Shown: positions 42,199-55,972, counted from the stretch's first letter. The stretch is DNA of 64,000 nt from an uncultured Chroococcidiopsis sp. (GCA_964248365.1 CAXTYC010000006.1:1-64000), one strand, 5' to 3'. Notes: generated by a model not told the origin, from the sequence alone. Translations and numbers: made by a program.

Positions 42199-42981
42199 GT
42201 GAAACGATATTTTGATGTATTGAAGCTATTATGGGGGGCAGCGATCGCAGCTGAGCTAGAGTACCGAGTCAACTTTATTCTCGCTACACTCACCAGTCTA
42301 GGTAATCTCTCAGGCAGTTTGTTTGGACTGTTTTTGTTCTATCGCACTGGTTACACTTTCCAAGGATGGCGATGGGAGGAAGCTTTGATAGTGCTGGGCA
42401 TTTTTACTTTGCTGCAAGGCTTTTCCAGTACTTTTCTGGCTCCTAATTTGAACAAAATAGTCGATCATGTCCAAAAGGGAACGCTGGATTTTGTATTATT
42501 AAAACCGATCAGTAGTCAGTTTTGGCTTTCTATTCACACTCTCTCACCTTGGGGAATACCAGATATATTATTTGGAGCAATATTAATTGGCTATGCAGGT
42601 GGGAGACTCGGTTTAAAAATCAGTGACTACCTAATCAGTGTTATTCCGCTTGTATTTGGTCTTGCCAGCCTCTACAGCCTATGGTTTATGCTGGGAGCAA
42701 CTAGCATCTGGTTTGTCAAAATTTACAACGTTACAGAGGTGCTAAGAGGTCTACTGGAAGCGGGGCGGTATCCTATGGTTGCTTATCCCATTGCTTACCG
42801 TTTCTTCTTTACGTTCGTTGTGCCTGTAGCTTTCTTAACTACTGTTCCCGCTGAAGCAATGCTAGGTCGTGTGCAGATAGGTTGGGTAGTTGGTGCAGCA
42901 GTGTTAGCGGTGTGTCTATTAATTGTAGCCCGTTTCTTTTGGGGTTTTGCCCTGCGGTTTTATACCAGTGCTTCTAGTTAG
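42199..42981 (+). CDS. ABC-2 type exporter permease (second)
   Basis: LEYRVNF, GTLDFVLLKP, GRYP, YTSASS; AAGGAG upstream of GTG. Confidence 0.88.
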   Translation: MKRYFDVLKLLWGAAIAAELEYRVNFILATLTSLGNLSGSLFGLFLFYRTGYTFQGWRWEEALIVLGIFTLLQGFSSTFLAPNLNKIVDHVQKGTLDFVLLKPISSQFWLSIHTLSPWGIPDILFGAILIGYAGGRLGLKISDYLISVIPLVFGLASLYSLWFMLGATSIWFVKIYNVTEVLRGLLEAGRYPMVAYPIAYRFFFTFVVPVAFLTTVPAEAMLGRVQIGWVVGAAVLAVCLLIVARFFWGFALRFYTSASS

Positions 42982-42983
42982 TT

Positions 42984-43087
42984 ATACCAATTCTATTTGT
43001 TTTTGCATAGATTTGATCCCCCCAACCCCCCTTAATAAACCCCTGCGAGGGGGGATCGTTTGTGGCGTAGTTACAAAGAACTGGTAT
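42984..43087. mobile_element. MITE-like element with ATACCAATTCT / AGAACTGGTAT ends
   Basis: Imperfect TIRs and internal gatccccc...ggggatc hairpin. Confidence 0.55.
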
Positions 43088-43171
43088 TAGATATTCGCCG
43101 CTAGACAGAGGAATTGTGTCAGTTTGTTTGAAATCAATGGAAAGAGCAAGACAAGTTAAGAGGGACAATTG

Positions 43172-44041
43172 ATGGAAACGACACGGCTGGGAAAAACTGA
43201 TGTGACTATCAGCGCGATCGGTTTGGGGGGAATGCCTATGTCAATAAGCAGTAGACCCCCAGAAGACCAATCAATTAAGGTGATTCATCGCGCCCTCGAT
43301 CTAGGTGTGACTTTAATAGACACAGCTGATTCATATTGTCAAGATGAGTCAGATAAACACCACAATGAGCGACTAATTAGCAAGGCACTGAGGCAGTATC
43401 AAGGGGATGTTAGCCAGGTGATCGTAGCCACTAAGGGGGGTCTGATGCGTCCTAATGGTAGCTGGACTCGCAACGGCAACCCCGACCACTTGCGGGAGAC
43501 AATTCGAGTAAGTTTTGAGTCTCTAGGCGGCGAAAAACCGATTGATGTTTGGCAATATCACGCACCTGATCCAAACTACACGATTGAGGAATCACTTACA
43601 CCTGCCAAAGAAGCTGTGGAAAAAGGTTTAATTCGGTTTGTGGGTGTTTCTAATTTCTCGGTTGAACAAATTAAACGCGCCCGTGATGTGGTTGATATTG
43701 TATCTGTCCAAAACCAGTACAACCCTTGGCATCGTCAGCCGGAATCTGATGGCGTTCTGGAGTACTGTGAAAAGAATGGTCTAACTTTCCTTCCTTGGAG
43801 TCCTTTAGGTGGTAGCAGCCGCGTTAAAAGGCTAGAAGATTTTCCAGTCATCTGTGAGCTAGCGAAGGAAAAAGGAGTATCAGTATACGCAACTGTACTC
43901 GCATGGCTGCGGGCAAAGTCTCCCTGCGTAGTGCCTATCCCTGGTGCTAGCAAAACGGGCAGTATTGAGGATTCGGTGCGATCGCTTGACGTAAAACTTT
44001 CGCCCCAGGAAGTAAAGCAAATTGACGAGACTAGCAGCTAG
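43172..44041 (+). CDS. Aldo/keto reductase
   Basis: IGLGGM, IDTADSY, ATKGG, VGVSNF, PIPGAS. Confidence 0.92.
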   Translation: METTRLGKTDVTISAIGLGGMPMSISSRPPEDQSIKVIHRALDLGVTLIDTADSYCQDESDKHHNERLISKALRQYQGDVSQVIVATKGGLMRPNGSWTRNGNPDHLRETIRVSFESLGGEKPIDVWQYHAPDPNYTIEESLTPAKEAVEKGLIRFVGVSNFSVEQIKRARDVVDIVSVQNQYNPWHRQPESDGVLEYCEKNGLTFLPWSPLGGSSRVKRLEDFPVICELAKEKGVSVYATVLAWLRAKSPCVVPIPGASKTGSIEDSVRSLDVKLSPQEVKQIDETSS

Positions 44042-44047
44042 AAGAGG

Positions 44048-44403
44048 GCAGAGTTGCCCCCCAGCAGAGTTGCCCCCCAGCAGAGTTGCCCAGGGGGAGA
44101 GTGGGAGATAAATTTATATCCATATGCTCTAGCCTCTAGTTCCTCCAGCCCCTAGCCCCTAGCCTCCAGCCCCTAGCCCCTAGTCACTGGTTCCACTGGT
44201 TCCACTGGTTCCACTAGCCTCTAGCCTCCAGCCCCTAGCCCCTGGTTCCTCCAGCCCCTAGCCCCTAGCCCCTAGTTCCACTGGTTCCTCCAGCCCCTAG
44301 CCCCTAGCCCCTAGCCTCTGGTTCCACTGGTTCCTCCAGCCCCTAGCCCCTAGCCCCTGGTTCCACTGGTTCCTCCAGCCCCTAGCCCCTAGCCCCTAGC
44401 CCC
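44048..44403. repeat. Composite tandem-repeat tract: (GCAGAGTTGCCCCCCA)~3, then a mosaic of CCCCTAG, CTGGTTCCA and CCTCCAG units
   Basis: Seen directly, between convergent akr and ribBA. Confidence 0.9.
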
Positions 44404-46097
44404 TCAGAAAAACTATAGATTTTTTGGGTTTCTAGTTGGCTAAAGATGGATGAAGGTAGGGTTTGCTTACTAAAGGTTTGTCGATCTAGCTTGACTTGTA
44501 GACCACTTAAAGGATCGTCGCCTGGAGAAACCAAAAATTCAAGTTGCTCGATGTAAGGCAAAGCTGCTACACTATCCAAAATTTGGGCGATCGCCTGTAA
44601 ATATGGGTGATTGTGTTGCTTATACCAATCCGCAGCAGCAATTTTCGCCTGATCGAAACCTAAGTGAACAGTCAAAGAAGGTTTACCGAAAAGGGCGATC
44701 GCTACTGGTCTTGCTTCTTCCTGTAATAATAGGTGATGGTTTCTGGCTAAATACCGCAGTTTTTCTAGGCGATCGTATCTTTCTGTTACGGCTAAAGGTT
44801 CATCCTGCCAGTGTAAAGCTACAGTAACAAGATAAGTCTGTAATAGCATATGACCCAATTTTTGGGCTTTTGTCGCTAGATAATTGGAATTATAGTCAGT
44901 GGCTTCAATTAGTAACGGCACTCGATCTACCACTTCCAAACCATAACCTTTCAACCCAGCAATCTTGCGAGGATTGTTTGTAATTAGGCGAATTTGCTTT
45001 ACTCCCAAATCGTTTAGCATCTGCGCCCCCATACCATAATCTCGCAAATCAGCAGGGAACCCCAAACGCTCATTTGCTTCGACTGTATCCAAGCCCAAAT
45101 CTTGTAACGAATAAGCTTTTAATTTATTAACTAAACCAATTCCCCGCCCTTCTTGCCGTAGGTAGACGACTACACCGTTACCTGCATTTTCAATCATTTT
45201 CAAAGCCGCTTGTAGCTGCATCCGGCAGTCACAGCGTAAAGAACCCAAAGCATCACCTGTGAGACATTCTGAATGCATTCGCACCATCACAGGTTGATCT
45301 TGAAATTCATCTGGCTTCCCCTTGACAATTGCGACGTGTTCTGTATCGTCTAGGGTATGTCGATAAGCGTAAATTTGGAAATTACCAAACTCGGTGGGTA
45401 GATTAGTGACAGTTTCGCGGACAACAAAGCGATCGTGCTTGAGACGATAGCTAATTAAATCGGCAATGCTGATAATTTTTAGTTGATGAAGTTTTGCATA
45501 TTCAAACAGTTGGGGCAATCGTGCCATCGAACCATCAGGATTTTGGATTTCACAAATTACCCCAGCTGGATAAAGTCCAGCTAATCTGGGTAAATCAACA
45601 CCCGCCTCTGTATGTCCTGCGCGTTTGAGGACTCCTCCTTCTCTTGCCCGAATGGGGAAGATGTGTCCAGGGCGGCGTAAATCTGAGGGTTTTGTACCTG
45701 GGTTGATGGCTACTTGGATAGTACGGGCGCGGTCTTCAGCTGAAATTCCAGTTGTGACACCTAGATGATATGCAGCATCAATGCTGATAGTAAAGGCAGT
45801 TTGGTTACTGTAGGGAGTATTATGGCTTTCGGGAATGTTGCTTACCATCAAAGGCAAGTCGAGTTCATCGAGGCGATCGCCCGTCATTGCCAGACAAATC
45901 AGCCCCCGTGCATACACTGCCATGAAATTAATCATATCCGGTGTAGCAAACTGGGCGGCGCAAATTAGGTCGCCTTCATTTTCTCGGCTTTCATCATCTA
46001 CCACTACAACCGAACGCCCAGCTTTGAGGTCTGCTAAAGCGGCATCTATTGAGTCAAACTGAAAAGATTGATTTAAAGTGTTCTGAGGCTGCTGCAC
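44382..46097 (-). CDS. ribBA: Bifunctional DHBP synthase / GTP cyclohydrolase II with cyanobacterial C-terminal extension
   Basis: [47 protein letters not shown]. Confidence 0.95.
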   Translation of the reverse strand: MQQPQNTLNQSFQFDSIDAALADLKAGRSVVVVDDESRENEGDLICAAQFATPDMINFMAVYARGLICLAMTGDRLDELDLPLMVSNIPESHNTPYSNQTAFTISIDAAYHLGVTTGISAEDRARTIQVAINPGTKPSDLRRPGHIFPIRAREGGVLKRAGHTEAGVDLPRLAGLYPAGVICEIQNPDGSMARLPQLFEYAKLHQLKIISIADLISYRLKHDRFVVRETVTNLPTEFGNFQIYAYRHTLDDTEHVAIVKGKPDEFQDQPVMVRMHSECLTGDALGSLRCDCRMQLQAALKMIENAGNGVVVYLRQEGRGIGLVNKLKAYSLQDLGLDTVEANERLGFPADLRDYGMGAQMLNDLGVKQIRLITNNPRKIAGLKGYGLEVVDRVPLLIEATDYNSNYLATKAQKLGHMLLQTYLVTVALHWQDEPLAVTERYDRLEKLRYLARNHHLLLQEEARPVAIALFGKPSLTVHLGFDQAKIAAADWYKQHNHPYLQAIAQILDSVAALPYIEQLEFLVSPGDDPLSGLQVKLDRQTFSKQTLPSSIFSQLETQKIYSFSEGLGARG

Positions 46098-46440
46098 AAA
46101 GAATTTCGGGGTAAAGAAACTGTAAAGTTTATTAAACTTCGCTTATTTTTGATTTTAGCTGCTTTGAATGTATAGCTGTTACGAGAACGCTGTTAGCCTT
46201 GCGCTGACTTAGTTCCTCTTTGTTTCTAGCAGATGGTTATCCTTGTAACCAGGCGCGTCAATTGTGTTGCTACTCGCGCTTTCGCTAAAAGCTAATCGCT
46301 AAAAGCTAAAAGCTAAAAATAGCAAAAATTGTTGCAACTAAAGTCTAACTTTTAGTACTACAATGCAGCGAAAGTTAATAAGCGCCTGCTGAGAGCGAAT
46401 CACTTTTAACAACAAAAGCGTATTTTAAGGATTGATCATC

Positions 46441-47499
46441 ATGGGCAATGAAGGACGCGTATCGGTAGGAATTGTTGGCGCGTCAGGATATGGCGGGGTG
46501 CAACTGGTAAGACTGTTAATGGATCATCCAGAAGTAGAACTCGTCTATTTAGGCGGCGATAGTAGTGCTGGCAAGTCTTTTGCAGACATTTACCCACATT
46601 TTGCTCATCGGGTAAACCTGCCAATAGAACCAGTAGATCCAGAAATAATTGCCTCTCGGTGTGAGGTAGTATTTCTCTCACTGCCGAATGGTTTTGCTTG
46701 TCAAATGGCTCCATTACTGGTAGAGAGAGGATGTAAAGTTTTAGATTTATCTGCTGACTATAGATTTAGCGATCTGGAAACCTACCAAACCTGGTATGGC
46801 AAACAAAGAAACGATTACAGTGTAGCGGCACTCGCTGTTTATGGCTTGCCAGAACTGTACCGCGATCGCATCGCCGAAAGTCAGCTGATTGGTTGCCCTG
46901 GCTGCTATCCTACCGCTAGTCTATTGGCACTCTCACCACTGCTCAAGCAAGGCTTAATTGTCCCTGAAACTGCTATTATCGATGCTAAATCCGGCACTTC
47001 TGGCGGTGGTAGGCAAGCTAAAACTGGATTACTGCTAGCTGAAGCAGACAATTCTCTAGGAGCATATGGCGTTGCTAGTCATCGCCATACCCCCGAAATT
47101 GAGCAAATTTGTAGTGATTTAGCTAGTCATCAAGTGACAGTACAATTTACCCCCCATTTGATTCCAATGGTGCGCGGCATCTTAGCAACTGTTTATGCTA
47201 CACTACGCGATCCTGGCTTGATCAGAGAAGATTTGATCACTATTTATACAGCTTTCTACCGTAACAGTCCTTGGGTATCTATTTGTAACAGTGGCATTTA
47301 TCCTCAAACAAAATGGGCTTGCGGCAGTAACCTTTGTTACATCGGGATCGAAGTTGACCAAAGGACTGGACGGGTAATTGTTATGTCAGCGATTGATAAC
47401 TTAATCAAAGGACAAGCAGGACAAGCCATCCAGTGTTTGAACTTGATGATGGGTTGGGACGAGACATTGGGATTACCCAAGTTAGGGTTTTATCCTTAA
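46441..47499 (+). CDS. argC: N-acetyl-gamma-glutamyl-phosphate reductase
   Basis: [38 protein letters not shown]. Confidence 0.95.
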   Translation: MGNEGRVSVGIVGASGYGGVQLVRLLMDHPEVELVYLGGDSSAGKSFADIYPHFAHRVNLPIEPVDPEIIASRCEVVFLSLPNGFACQMAPLLVERGCKVLDLSADYRFSDLETYQTWYGKQRNDYSVAALAVYGLPELYRDRIAESQLIGCPGCYPTASLLALSPLLKQGLIVPETAIIDAKSGTSGGGRQAKTGLLLAEADNSLGAYGVASHRHTPEIEQICSDLASHQVTVQFTPHLIPMVRGILATVYATLRDPGLIREDLITIYTAFYRNSPWVSICNSGIYPQTKWACGSNLCYIGIEVDQRTGRVIVMSAIDNLIKGQAGQAIQCLNLMMGWDETLGLPKLGFYP

Positions 47500-47607
47500 G
47501 AGGGGCTAGAGGAACCAGAGGAACTAGAGGAACCAGAGGCTAGCTTGAGTATATAAATATTATCTCCCCAGCCCCCCAGCCCCTCTGCTCCCCAGCCCCC
47601 CAGCTCT

Positions 47608-48897
<1,290 letters not shown>

Positions 48898-49184
48898 CTA
48901 TCTTGTGTCCTTGGTATGAGTGCGTTTCTAGCGAGTTGCCAACAGTTAAGTTACCCTACCCGATTGTTTAGCATAGGGGTTTACGAGACTCTAGTAGTTG
49001 AGGTTAACGAAGATTTTCTGGGATGATGTTAGAGCATCTTGAGATTAGTTTAGTTTCCCGCACCCGTTGGGCTTGACTTGTATTTAAATTGATTTTTCTA
49101 CGATTTATCAGCCTTTAGCTATTAGCCATAAACTATAAGCAATCTTAAGATCTAAATCAGTAGTCAAGGAATCAGGAGGAAACT

Positions 49185-49619
49185 ATGCGATTACTACACA
49201 CTATGTTGCGGGTTGGCAACCTGGAAGAGTCCTTGAAGTTCTACTGTGAAATCCTGGGGATGAAGTTGCTGCGGCAGAAAGATTATCCTGGGGGCAAGTT
49301 TACCTTAGCTTTTGTTGGCTATGGTGATGAGTCTGAGCATACGGTTTTAGAACTAACCTACAACTGGGAAGTCGAGCAGTACGACTTGGGTAATGCTTAT
49401 GGTCATATTGCCATTGGAGTTGATGACATTTACAGCACTTGTGAGGAAATAAAGGCACGGGGCGGTAAAGTTGTAAGAGAGCCAGGACCGATGAAACACG
49501 GTTCGACGATAATTGCTTTTGTCGAAGATCCTAATGGTTATAAAGTAGAACTGATTCAGGAAAGTTCCAGAACAAATACTGCTCAGCCCTCGTCGCAACG
49601 TCAATTGGTATCTCAATAA
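49185..49619 (+). CDS. gloA: Lactoylglutathione lyase (glyoxalase I)
   Basis: [29 protein letters not shown]. Confidence 0.95.
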   Translation: MRLLHTMLRVGNLEESLKFYCEILGMKLLRQKDYPGGKFTLAFVGYGDESEHTVLELTYNWEVEQYDLGNAYGHIAIGVDDIYSTCEEIKARGGKVVREPGPMKHGSTIIAFVEDPNGYKVELIQESSRTNTAQPSSQRQLVSQ

Positions 49620-49909
49620 GAGGCGCTATAGCTAGAGGCGCTATAGCTAGAGGAACCAGAAGAAGAGGGGAAAAGGGGAGAATCATTAATTACGCTCTTA
49701 CGAATTACCTTTACCGCAATACCTCTTTACCCTTTACCCTCTCGCCTTTTGCTTGCCTCTTGCCCCAGCGCTCGCCCCTCACTGCCAGGTAGTAATGGTA
49801 GGCTAATAACGATCGCGCTCTTAGTCCCAAATCGTCCAGCAACTTTCGTTCAATATTTTCTTTTTAGATTAAATCTAAGATCCCCTATTCAAAATACAAA
49901 ATTGTCAAG

Positions 49910-52552
49910 ATGCAGCCCACTGACCCGACTAAATTTACTGATGAAGCCTGGGAAGCAATTGTAAAATCTCAGGATGTAGCACGACGTTTTCAGCAACAGC
50001 AGCTAGAGGTCGAGCATTTAGCTATTGCTTTACTAGAACAAAAGGGACTGGTCGATCGCATCCTAAGTCGATCCTCTGTTGATGTAACACGATTGCGAGA
50101 GCAACTTGAAGCTTTTACAGCGCGTCAGCCCAAAGTTGGTAAGAGCAGCCAACTTTACCTCGGTCGTCATTTAGACTCGATGCTAGACCGAGCAGATGCA
50201 ACCAAAGATAATTGGCAAGATAAGTTCATTTCGGTTGAACATTTACTTGTGGCTTTGGCAGAAGATGAACGAGTTGGTCGTCGGTTACTCAAAGGCTTTA
50301 ACCTTGATCCATCAGGGTTAGAATCTACAATTAAGGCTGTTCGAGGTAGCCAAAAAGTCGTAGATCAAGCTCCTGAGTCACGCTACGCAGCTCTTGAAAG
50401 GTATGGTCAAGATTTAACCGAACAAGCTAAATCAGGCAAGCTCGATCCGGTAATTGGTCGAGATGAAGAAATTCGACGAGTGATTCAGGTATTATCCCGC
50501 CGTAGCAAAAATAATCCAGTTCTGATTGGTGAACCTGGGGTGGGTAAAACAGCGATCGCCGAAGGTTTAGCCCAACGTATTATAAATGGCGATGTCCCCG
50601 AATCTCTCAAAGAGCGTCAACTGATTACCCTGGATATGGGTAGTCTAATTGCTGGGGCAAAATATCGCGGCGAATTTGAAGACCGTTTACGGTCTGTCTT
50701 GCGCGAAGTCACCGAGTCTAACGGTAAAATTGTCCTATTTATTGACGAATTACACACCGTAGTCGGCGCAGGTGGCACAAGCCAAGGCGCAATGGATGCC
50801 GGAAACTTGCTCAAACCAATGTTAGCGCGGGGAGAACTGCGTTGTATTGGGGCAACTACTCTCGATGAATACCGCAAACACATCGAAAAAGATGCAGCAC
50901 TCGAACGCCGCTTTCAGCAGGTATTTGTCGATCAGCCTACGGTAGAAACGACAATTTCGATTCTACGTGGCTTGAAACAACGCTATGAAGTGCATCACAG
51001 TGTTAAAATTACTGATTCGGCACTGGTAGCAGCTGCTACTCTTTCCCATCGCTACATTACAGAGCGCTTCTTACCAGATAAAGCAATTGATTTGGTGGAC
51101 GAGGCAGCAGCTCAGCTGAAAATGGAAATAACCTCCAAGCCAGCCGAATTGGAAGCAATTGATCGGCGGTTGATGCAGTTGGAAATGGAAAAGCTTTCCA
51201 TCGCTGGAGAAGATCAACGCGCCCCTATCACTAGAGAACGTCTAGAGCGGATCGAACAAGAAATCGCCGCACTAAAGGAGAAACAGGAGCAATTTAACTC
51301 GCAATGGCAAGGTGAAAAGCAACTGTTAGATGCTATCAGTGCCATGAAAAAAGAAGAAGAGACGCTGCGGGTGCAAATTGAGCAAGCAGAACGGGCGTAC
51401 GACCTCAACACAGCAGCTAGACTCAAGTATGGAAAATTGGAAGTATTGCAGCGCGATCGCGAAGCAATGGAAACTCAGCTAGTAGAAATCCAAAGTCGTG
51501 GTTCTACTCTGTTGCGCGAAGAAGTAACAGAATCCGACATTGCTGAAATTGTCGCCAAGTGGACAGGTATTCCAGTAAATCGATTGCTAGCATCTGAACG
51601 CCAAAAATTGCTGCAACTAGAAAGCCACCTACACGAACGAGTCATCGGTCAATCTGAAGCTGTCTCGGCTGTTGCTGCTGCTATTCGCCGCGCTAGGGCT
51701 GGGATGAAAGATCCCGGTCGCCCAATTGGTTCTTTCTTGTTTATGGGACCGACAGGGGTGGGTAAAACTGAGCTAGCAAAAGCTTTAGCACAATTTATGT
51801 TTGACTCCGAGGATGCCATAGTTCGCTTGGATATGTCGGAGTACATGGAAAAAGGCTCTGTCATGCGGCTAGTGGGAGCGCCGCCTGGATACATTGGCTA
51901 CGACGAAGGTGGTCAACTATCAGAAGCTATCCGCCGTCGTCCTTACTCGGTTGTGCTACTAGATGAGGTGGAAAAGGCACACCAGGATGTTTTCAATATG
52001 TTCTTGCAAGTGCTAGATGATGGGCGAATCACTGATTCTCAAGGTAGAACAGTTGATTTTCGCAATACTGTGATTGTTATGACCAGTAATATCGGCAGTG
52101 AACATATTCTGGATGTATCTGGAGATGATAGCAAGTACGAACAGATGCAGCAACGAGTCTTGGAGGCGTTGCGATCGCACTTCCGTCCAGAATTTCTCAA
52201 CCGTGTTGACGACATCATCCTCTTCCACACTCTTGACCGTCGTGAACTGCGCCAAATTGTTGGTATTCAACTTAAGCGAGTAGAAAAACTGTTAGATGAG
52301 CAAAAAATTGCTATCAAGCTATCTTCAGCCGCCCAAGATTATCTAGCTAATGTGGGTTATGACCCCGTTTATGGCGCTCGTCCGCTCAAACGCGCGATTG
52401 TGCGGATGGTAGAAAATCCCTTGGCAACTAAGTTATTAGAAGGTTCTTTCACCGAAGGAGACACGATTATTGTAGATTACCAGGACGGTAGTCTATCCTT
52501 TGATCGCCAAACTAAAACGCCCAACAAGCAGCCTGCCATCCCAAGTACATAA
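49910..52552 (+). CDS. clpB: Chaperone ClpB
   Basis: Two AAA+ modules ([16 protein letters not shown]), coiled-coil M domain, GARPLKR. Confidence 0.95.
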   Translation: MQPTDPTKFTDEAWEAIVKSQDVARRFQQQQLEVEHLAIALLEQKGLVDRILSRSSVDVTRLREQLEAFTARQPKVGKSSQLYLGRHLDSMLDRADATKDNWQDKFISVEHLLVALAEDERVGRRLLKGFNLDPSGLESTIKAVRGSQKVVDQAPESRYAALERYGQDLTEQAKSGKLDPVIGRDEEIRRVIQVLSRRSKNNPVLIGEPGVGKTAIAEGLAQRIINGDVPESLKERQLITLDMGSLIAGAKYRGEFEDRLRSVLREVTESNGKIVLFIDELHTVVGAGGTSQGAMDAGNLLKPMLARGELRCIGATTLDEYRKHIEKDAALERRFQQVFVDQPTVETTISILRGLKQRYEVHHSVKITDSALVAAATLSHRYITERFLPDKAIDLVDEAAAQLKMEITSKPAELEAIDRRLMQLEMEKLSIAGEDQRAPITRERLERIEQEIAALKEKQEQFNSQWQGEKQLLDAISAMKKEEETLRVQIEQAERAYDLNTAARLKYGKLEVLQRDREAMETQLVEIQSRGSTLLREEVTESDIAEIVAKWTGIPVNRLLASERQKLLQLESHLHERVIGQSEAVSAVAAAIRRARAGMKDPGRPIGSFLFMGPTGVGKTELAKALAQFMFDSEDAIVRLDMSEYMEKGSVMRLVGAPPGYIGYDEGGQLSEAIRRRPYSVVLLDEVEKAHQDVFNMFLQVLDDGRITDSQGRTVDFRNTVIVMTSNIGSEHILDVSGDDSKYEQMQQRVLEALRSHFRPEFLNRVDDIILFHTLDRRELRQIVGIQLKRVEKLLDEQKIAIKLSSAAQDYLANVGYDPVYGARPLKRAIVRMVENPLATKLLEGSFTEGDTIIVDYQDGSLSFDRQTKTPNKQPAIPST

Positions 52553-53149
52553 AAAGATCAAGCATCATTTGTTACCCTTTACATTGTAAATTTGCTTAGG
52601 AGGTGAAATTGTCCTGATGTAAACATTTTTGACCCTATGAGTAAGTAATTTTCAGCGAATTAATCTCGATATTTTAGTAGTTATTCTTGTCATGTGGGCG
52701 GAGTGTGGTATCACTACCACACCAAGGGATCTTGCTCGCCCTGATTACCGTGATTTAATTTTATTTGTAAATATCTATACAGCAGAAGAGGTGATAGATG
52801 TAGTAACTATTTAATCGTTAGCTGCTCAAAAAGGGCGATTTTAAGTCTTTTTTGCCTAAAACAGCATCCTGATGTAAATTAAGATTTGTATAGGGAAGTG
52901 TGAAAAAGCGTTATATAATCTTATTGCATTGCTTGCCTTTTTTATAAATAAGTGTTGCTAGGCTGGGAAAGTAAAAAATCATACCTGGGGCTGAGGAGGC
53001 TGTTGACCAAAGATATATGTAATTTGAGGAGGGCGAGGGGGAAAAGAAAATAGCGATCGCTATTTTAATTAATTCAAAGTAATCAATAGTGATCTTGTTA
53101 ATATCGGAAAAATATATCAGACAAAAACCCTTTGTTGGAGGATTTATCG

Positions 53150-54577
53150 ATGACTGATTCTGTAACAATCACTCGCCCAATTCCTAAATCAAAAGATAGA
53201 CTAGCACATTGGTTTCCTTACCTATTCTTGGGTTTATTAGCCAATGCAGCGATTTGGGTTAGTGCTGTAATGTACCTAAAACTGAAAGCACCAACCTACA
53301 CCAGCACATGGGCTATTAACGTACCTGTAACAACAACAGGCGCTAGAGTGTCTCTACCTGACATTGGACAGACCTCTTTTGACAGTACGTCGCCCTACAG
53401 TGTCAGTACTCAAGACCCTAGACAAAATTATAAATTTGTGGCTGAGAGTGATGCCGTATTGAAAGCAGCAGCAGATGGGCTCAATATGTCCCCAGAAGAG
53501 TTTGGTTCACCCAAAATCAAGCTGTCTGACAGCACCTCTATTATTCTGTTCCAGGTACAAGGCTCGACTCCAGAACAAGCTCGAAATAAATCAATGGCTC
53601 TTTACAGAGCCTTGCAAGCAAGAGTAAATGAGCTGAGAGTGCAAGAGTTTGTTCAGCGCGATGCTAGCTTCCAGTCTTCCCTCTCCGCTTCTCAGAAGAA
53701 GTTAGAAATTGCTCAAAAGCGGCTTTCTGATTACAAAGCCCAATCTGGCTTGAACTCCAACGATCAAATAAAATCTCTTTCAGACAACATTGAACAGCTA
53801 CGTAAACAAAGAGCAGAAATAGCAGCTCAACAGCAGCAATCAAATGCTCAGATGAAGCAGCTAGCCGCTAGTTTAAATTTATCCGACCAGGAAGCGGCGG
53901 ATGCTTTTGTGCTTCAAGCAGACCAAATTTTTCAGCAAAACGTCAGAAACTACAGTGAAGCTAGCAGTAATCTAGTTACTTTAAGCGCCAGATTTCTACC
54001 CAATCATCCAACAATTCTTGCTGAAGAAGCTAAGCGAGACGCTGCTAAAGTTGCTCTGCTGAGCCGCAGCCAGTCTCTTTTAGGGCGACCTGTTAGCCAA
54101 GCACTGCTACAAAAATTAAACCTCAATAGTGGTGGGGGGGCGCAAGAAAGCCTTTTCCAAGGATTGATTAATCAGCAAGCACAGAACCGAGGATTTCAAT
54201 CTCAAGCTAGGGAAACTGACAGACAGATTTTGCTACTTGAAAATAGACTCACTAACTTATCTCAAAAAGAAACTACCTTAGAAGCTCTCAAGCGAGATTT
54301 GCAAGTTGCTGAAGCAGTATTTACCTCAACTCTAGCTAACTTAGACATTAGCAGAACAAACGCCTTTGGGTCTTATCCCCTACTGCAAATGATTGCAGAT
54401 CCTAGCTTAGCCAAGGCTCCTAGTTCACCTAAAAAGGATCTTGTATTGGTAGGTGCAGCCGCCAGCTCTTTGTTTATTACCGCTGGAATACTAGGATTAG
54501 GGTTACGTAAACGCCGAAATTTGTTGTTGGAAGAGAAAAAGAAGTTTCGAGTAACTGAAAAAGCATCGGAATTTTAG
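53150..54577 (+). CDS. Polysaccharide co-polymerase / chain-length determinant (GumC-like, no kinase domain)
   Basis: N- and C-terminal TM helices, long coiled coil, Pro-rich PSLAKAPSSPK motif before TM2; GGAGG upstream. Confidence 0.75.
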   Translation: MTDSVTITRPIPKSKDRLAHWFPYLFLGLLANAAIWVSAVMYLKLKAPTYTSTWAINVPVTTTGARVSLPDIGQTSFDSTSPYSVSTQDPRQNYKFVAESDAVLKAAADGLNMSPEEFGSPKIKLSDSTSIILFQVQGSTPEQARNKSMALYRALQARVNELRVQEFVQRDASFQSSLSASQKKLEIAQKRLSDYKAQSGLNSNDQIKSLSDNIEQLRKQRAEIAAQQQQSNAQMKQLAASLNLSDQEAADAFVLQADQIFQQNVRNYSEASSNLVTLSARFLPNHPTILAEEAKRDAAKVALLSRSQSLLGRPVSQALLQKLNLNSGGGAQESLFQGLINQQAQNRGFQSQARETDRQILLLENRLTNLSQKETTLEALKRDLQVAEAVFTSTLANLDISRTNAFGSYPLLQMIADPSLAKAPSSPKKDLVLVGAAASSLFITAGILGLGLRKRRNLLLEEKKKFRVTEKASEF

Positions 54578-54654
54578 TAACTCAACATAAATATACTTTT
54601 TTGTGTCTTGTATTTGTGAATAGGTGCGATCAGGGGGTAATAGGAGCAACACGT

Positions 54655-55953
54655 ATGACCATCAAACCTCAAAACCTTGAGGAACGACTAATTTGGTACA
54701 CCATAGTCTGGACTTATGGTTTGTATTTCCTGGGAGCCCAGTTTATCTGGGTTCCTTTACTTGCCTATTTCCTAGGGCTACGCCTTTGTAAAAAACTCTG
54801 GGATCAAACTGAAGATACACCAACAAAAGAAAAGATTTATATTCCTGTTTCTGTGTGGCTATGGATTATTGCTGTATTAGTCGTGGAAATAGCTCTAATA
54901 ATGGCTCACATAGATTTTGATTTAGGTTGGTCAAAAATGATTTTTACCACGGTCAACAGCTGGGGTAGAAGCTGGGCTTTAATGGCACTATTTCCTTTAA
55001 TTGGTTGCCTAAATATTCGACCACAATTAATTTACCGAGCAGCCTGTATCCTTTGCTTGCAAAGCTTAGTTTTAACTATATTTTGTTATTTAATCAATTT
55101 GGCGAACTTATCCCTTCCAGCATATATTTCTCCATTGGTTATGTTTAAAGGTCCAAGCAGTAACTACATGGTAGATTTGTTTGTGCTTGGTGGAGATGCT
55201 GGGGAAGATAGACAGTTTCGTCTGCAATTATTTACTAATTTCGCTAATAACTTGGGAATTGTAGGCAATATTTATTTTTTTATTACTAGCCAAGAAGCAA
55301 ATAAAAGGTGGCGGTTGATTGGTATGATTGGAGCCGCTGCTATGGTTATAGGTTCAGGCTCAAGGTCAACTATATTTAGTCTAGCACTTGTACCAATCCT
55401 AACTTGGCTATTGACAAGTTTTACCCCGTCTCTACAGATTGCGGCAGGTGTAACAAGTCTGATTACAGGTATGATTGCCCCTCAGATAATTGATTTTTTA
55501 GACAATACATGGAACAAAGCTATTAAGGGTTATAGAAGCAGTTCTGCCGTAGTTAGAAAACGATTAGAAGAAGTTGCACTCAACCGTTGGACAGAAGCGC
55601 CGATTTGGGGACATGGGTTTGTAGCAGAAAGAGGACCAAAATATACAGAACATATGCCAATTGGCAGTCACAATCAATGGCCTGACCTTCTTTATATCAG
55701 GGGATTTGTAGGTTTCAGTGCTATTCTAGTGGTTATGTTGTGTACGACGGCAGATCTAATTATTAAAGCTCAGAAAAGCGCGATCGCCAAGGCAGCATTA
55801 AGTATCTACCTAGTTTTGTGGATATCTACTACAGCTGTAGATATAGAAGCATCTGCCTATTTATATTGGCCTGGTTTGATCATAACGGGTATTGCTTTCA
55901 ACCAAAAAACATCTACCGTCCTAAGTCCAATTAAAACTTACACCACTACATAA
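54655..55953 (+). CDS. O-antigen ligase / Wzy polymerase family protein
   Basis: About 10-12 TM segments, SGSR, PIWGHG, GSHN. Confidence 0.8.
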   Translation: MTIKPQNLEERLIWYTIVWTYGLYFLGAQFIWVPLLAYFLGLRLCKKLWDQTEDTPTKEKIYIPVSVWLWIIAVLVVEIALIMAHIDFDLGWSKMIFTTVNSWGRSWALMALFPLIGCLNIRPQLIYRAACILCLQSLVLTIFCYLINLANLSLPAYISPLVMFKGPSSNYMVDLFVLGGDAGEDRQFRLQLFTNFANNLGIVGNIYFFITSQEANKRWRLIGMIGAAAMVIGSGSRSTIFSLALVPILTWLLTSFTPSLQIAAGVTSLITGMIAPQIIDFLDNTWNKAIKGYRSSSAVVRKRLEEVALNRWTEAPIWGHGFVAERGPKYTEHMPIGSHNQWPDLLYIRGFVGFSAILVVMLCTTADLIIKAQKSAIAKAALSIYLVLWISTTAVDIEASAYLYWPGLIITGIAFNQKTSTVLSPIKTYTTT

Positions 55954-55972
55954 TCCCATATTTCTGGGTTAT

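Noticed and set aside
44128..44403. CRISPR array or protein-coding repeat
   Set aside because: Built from 7-9 bp words with no unique spacers
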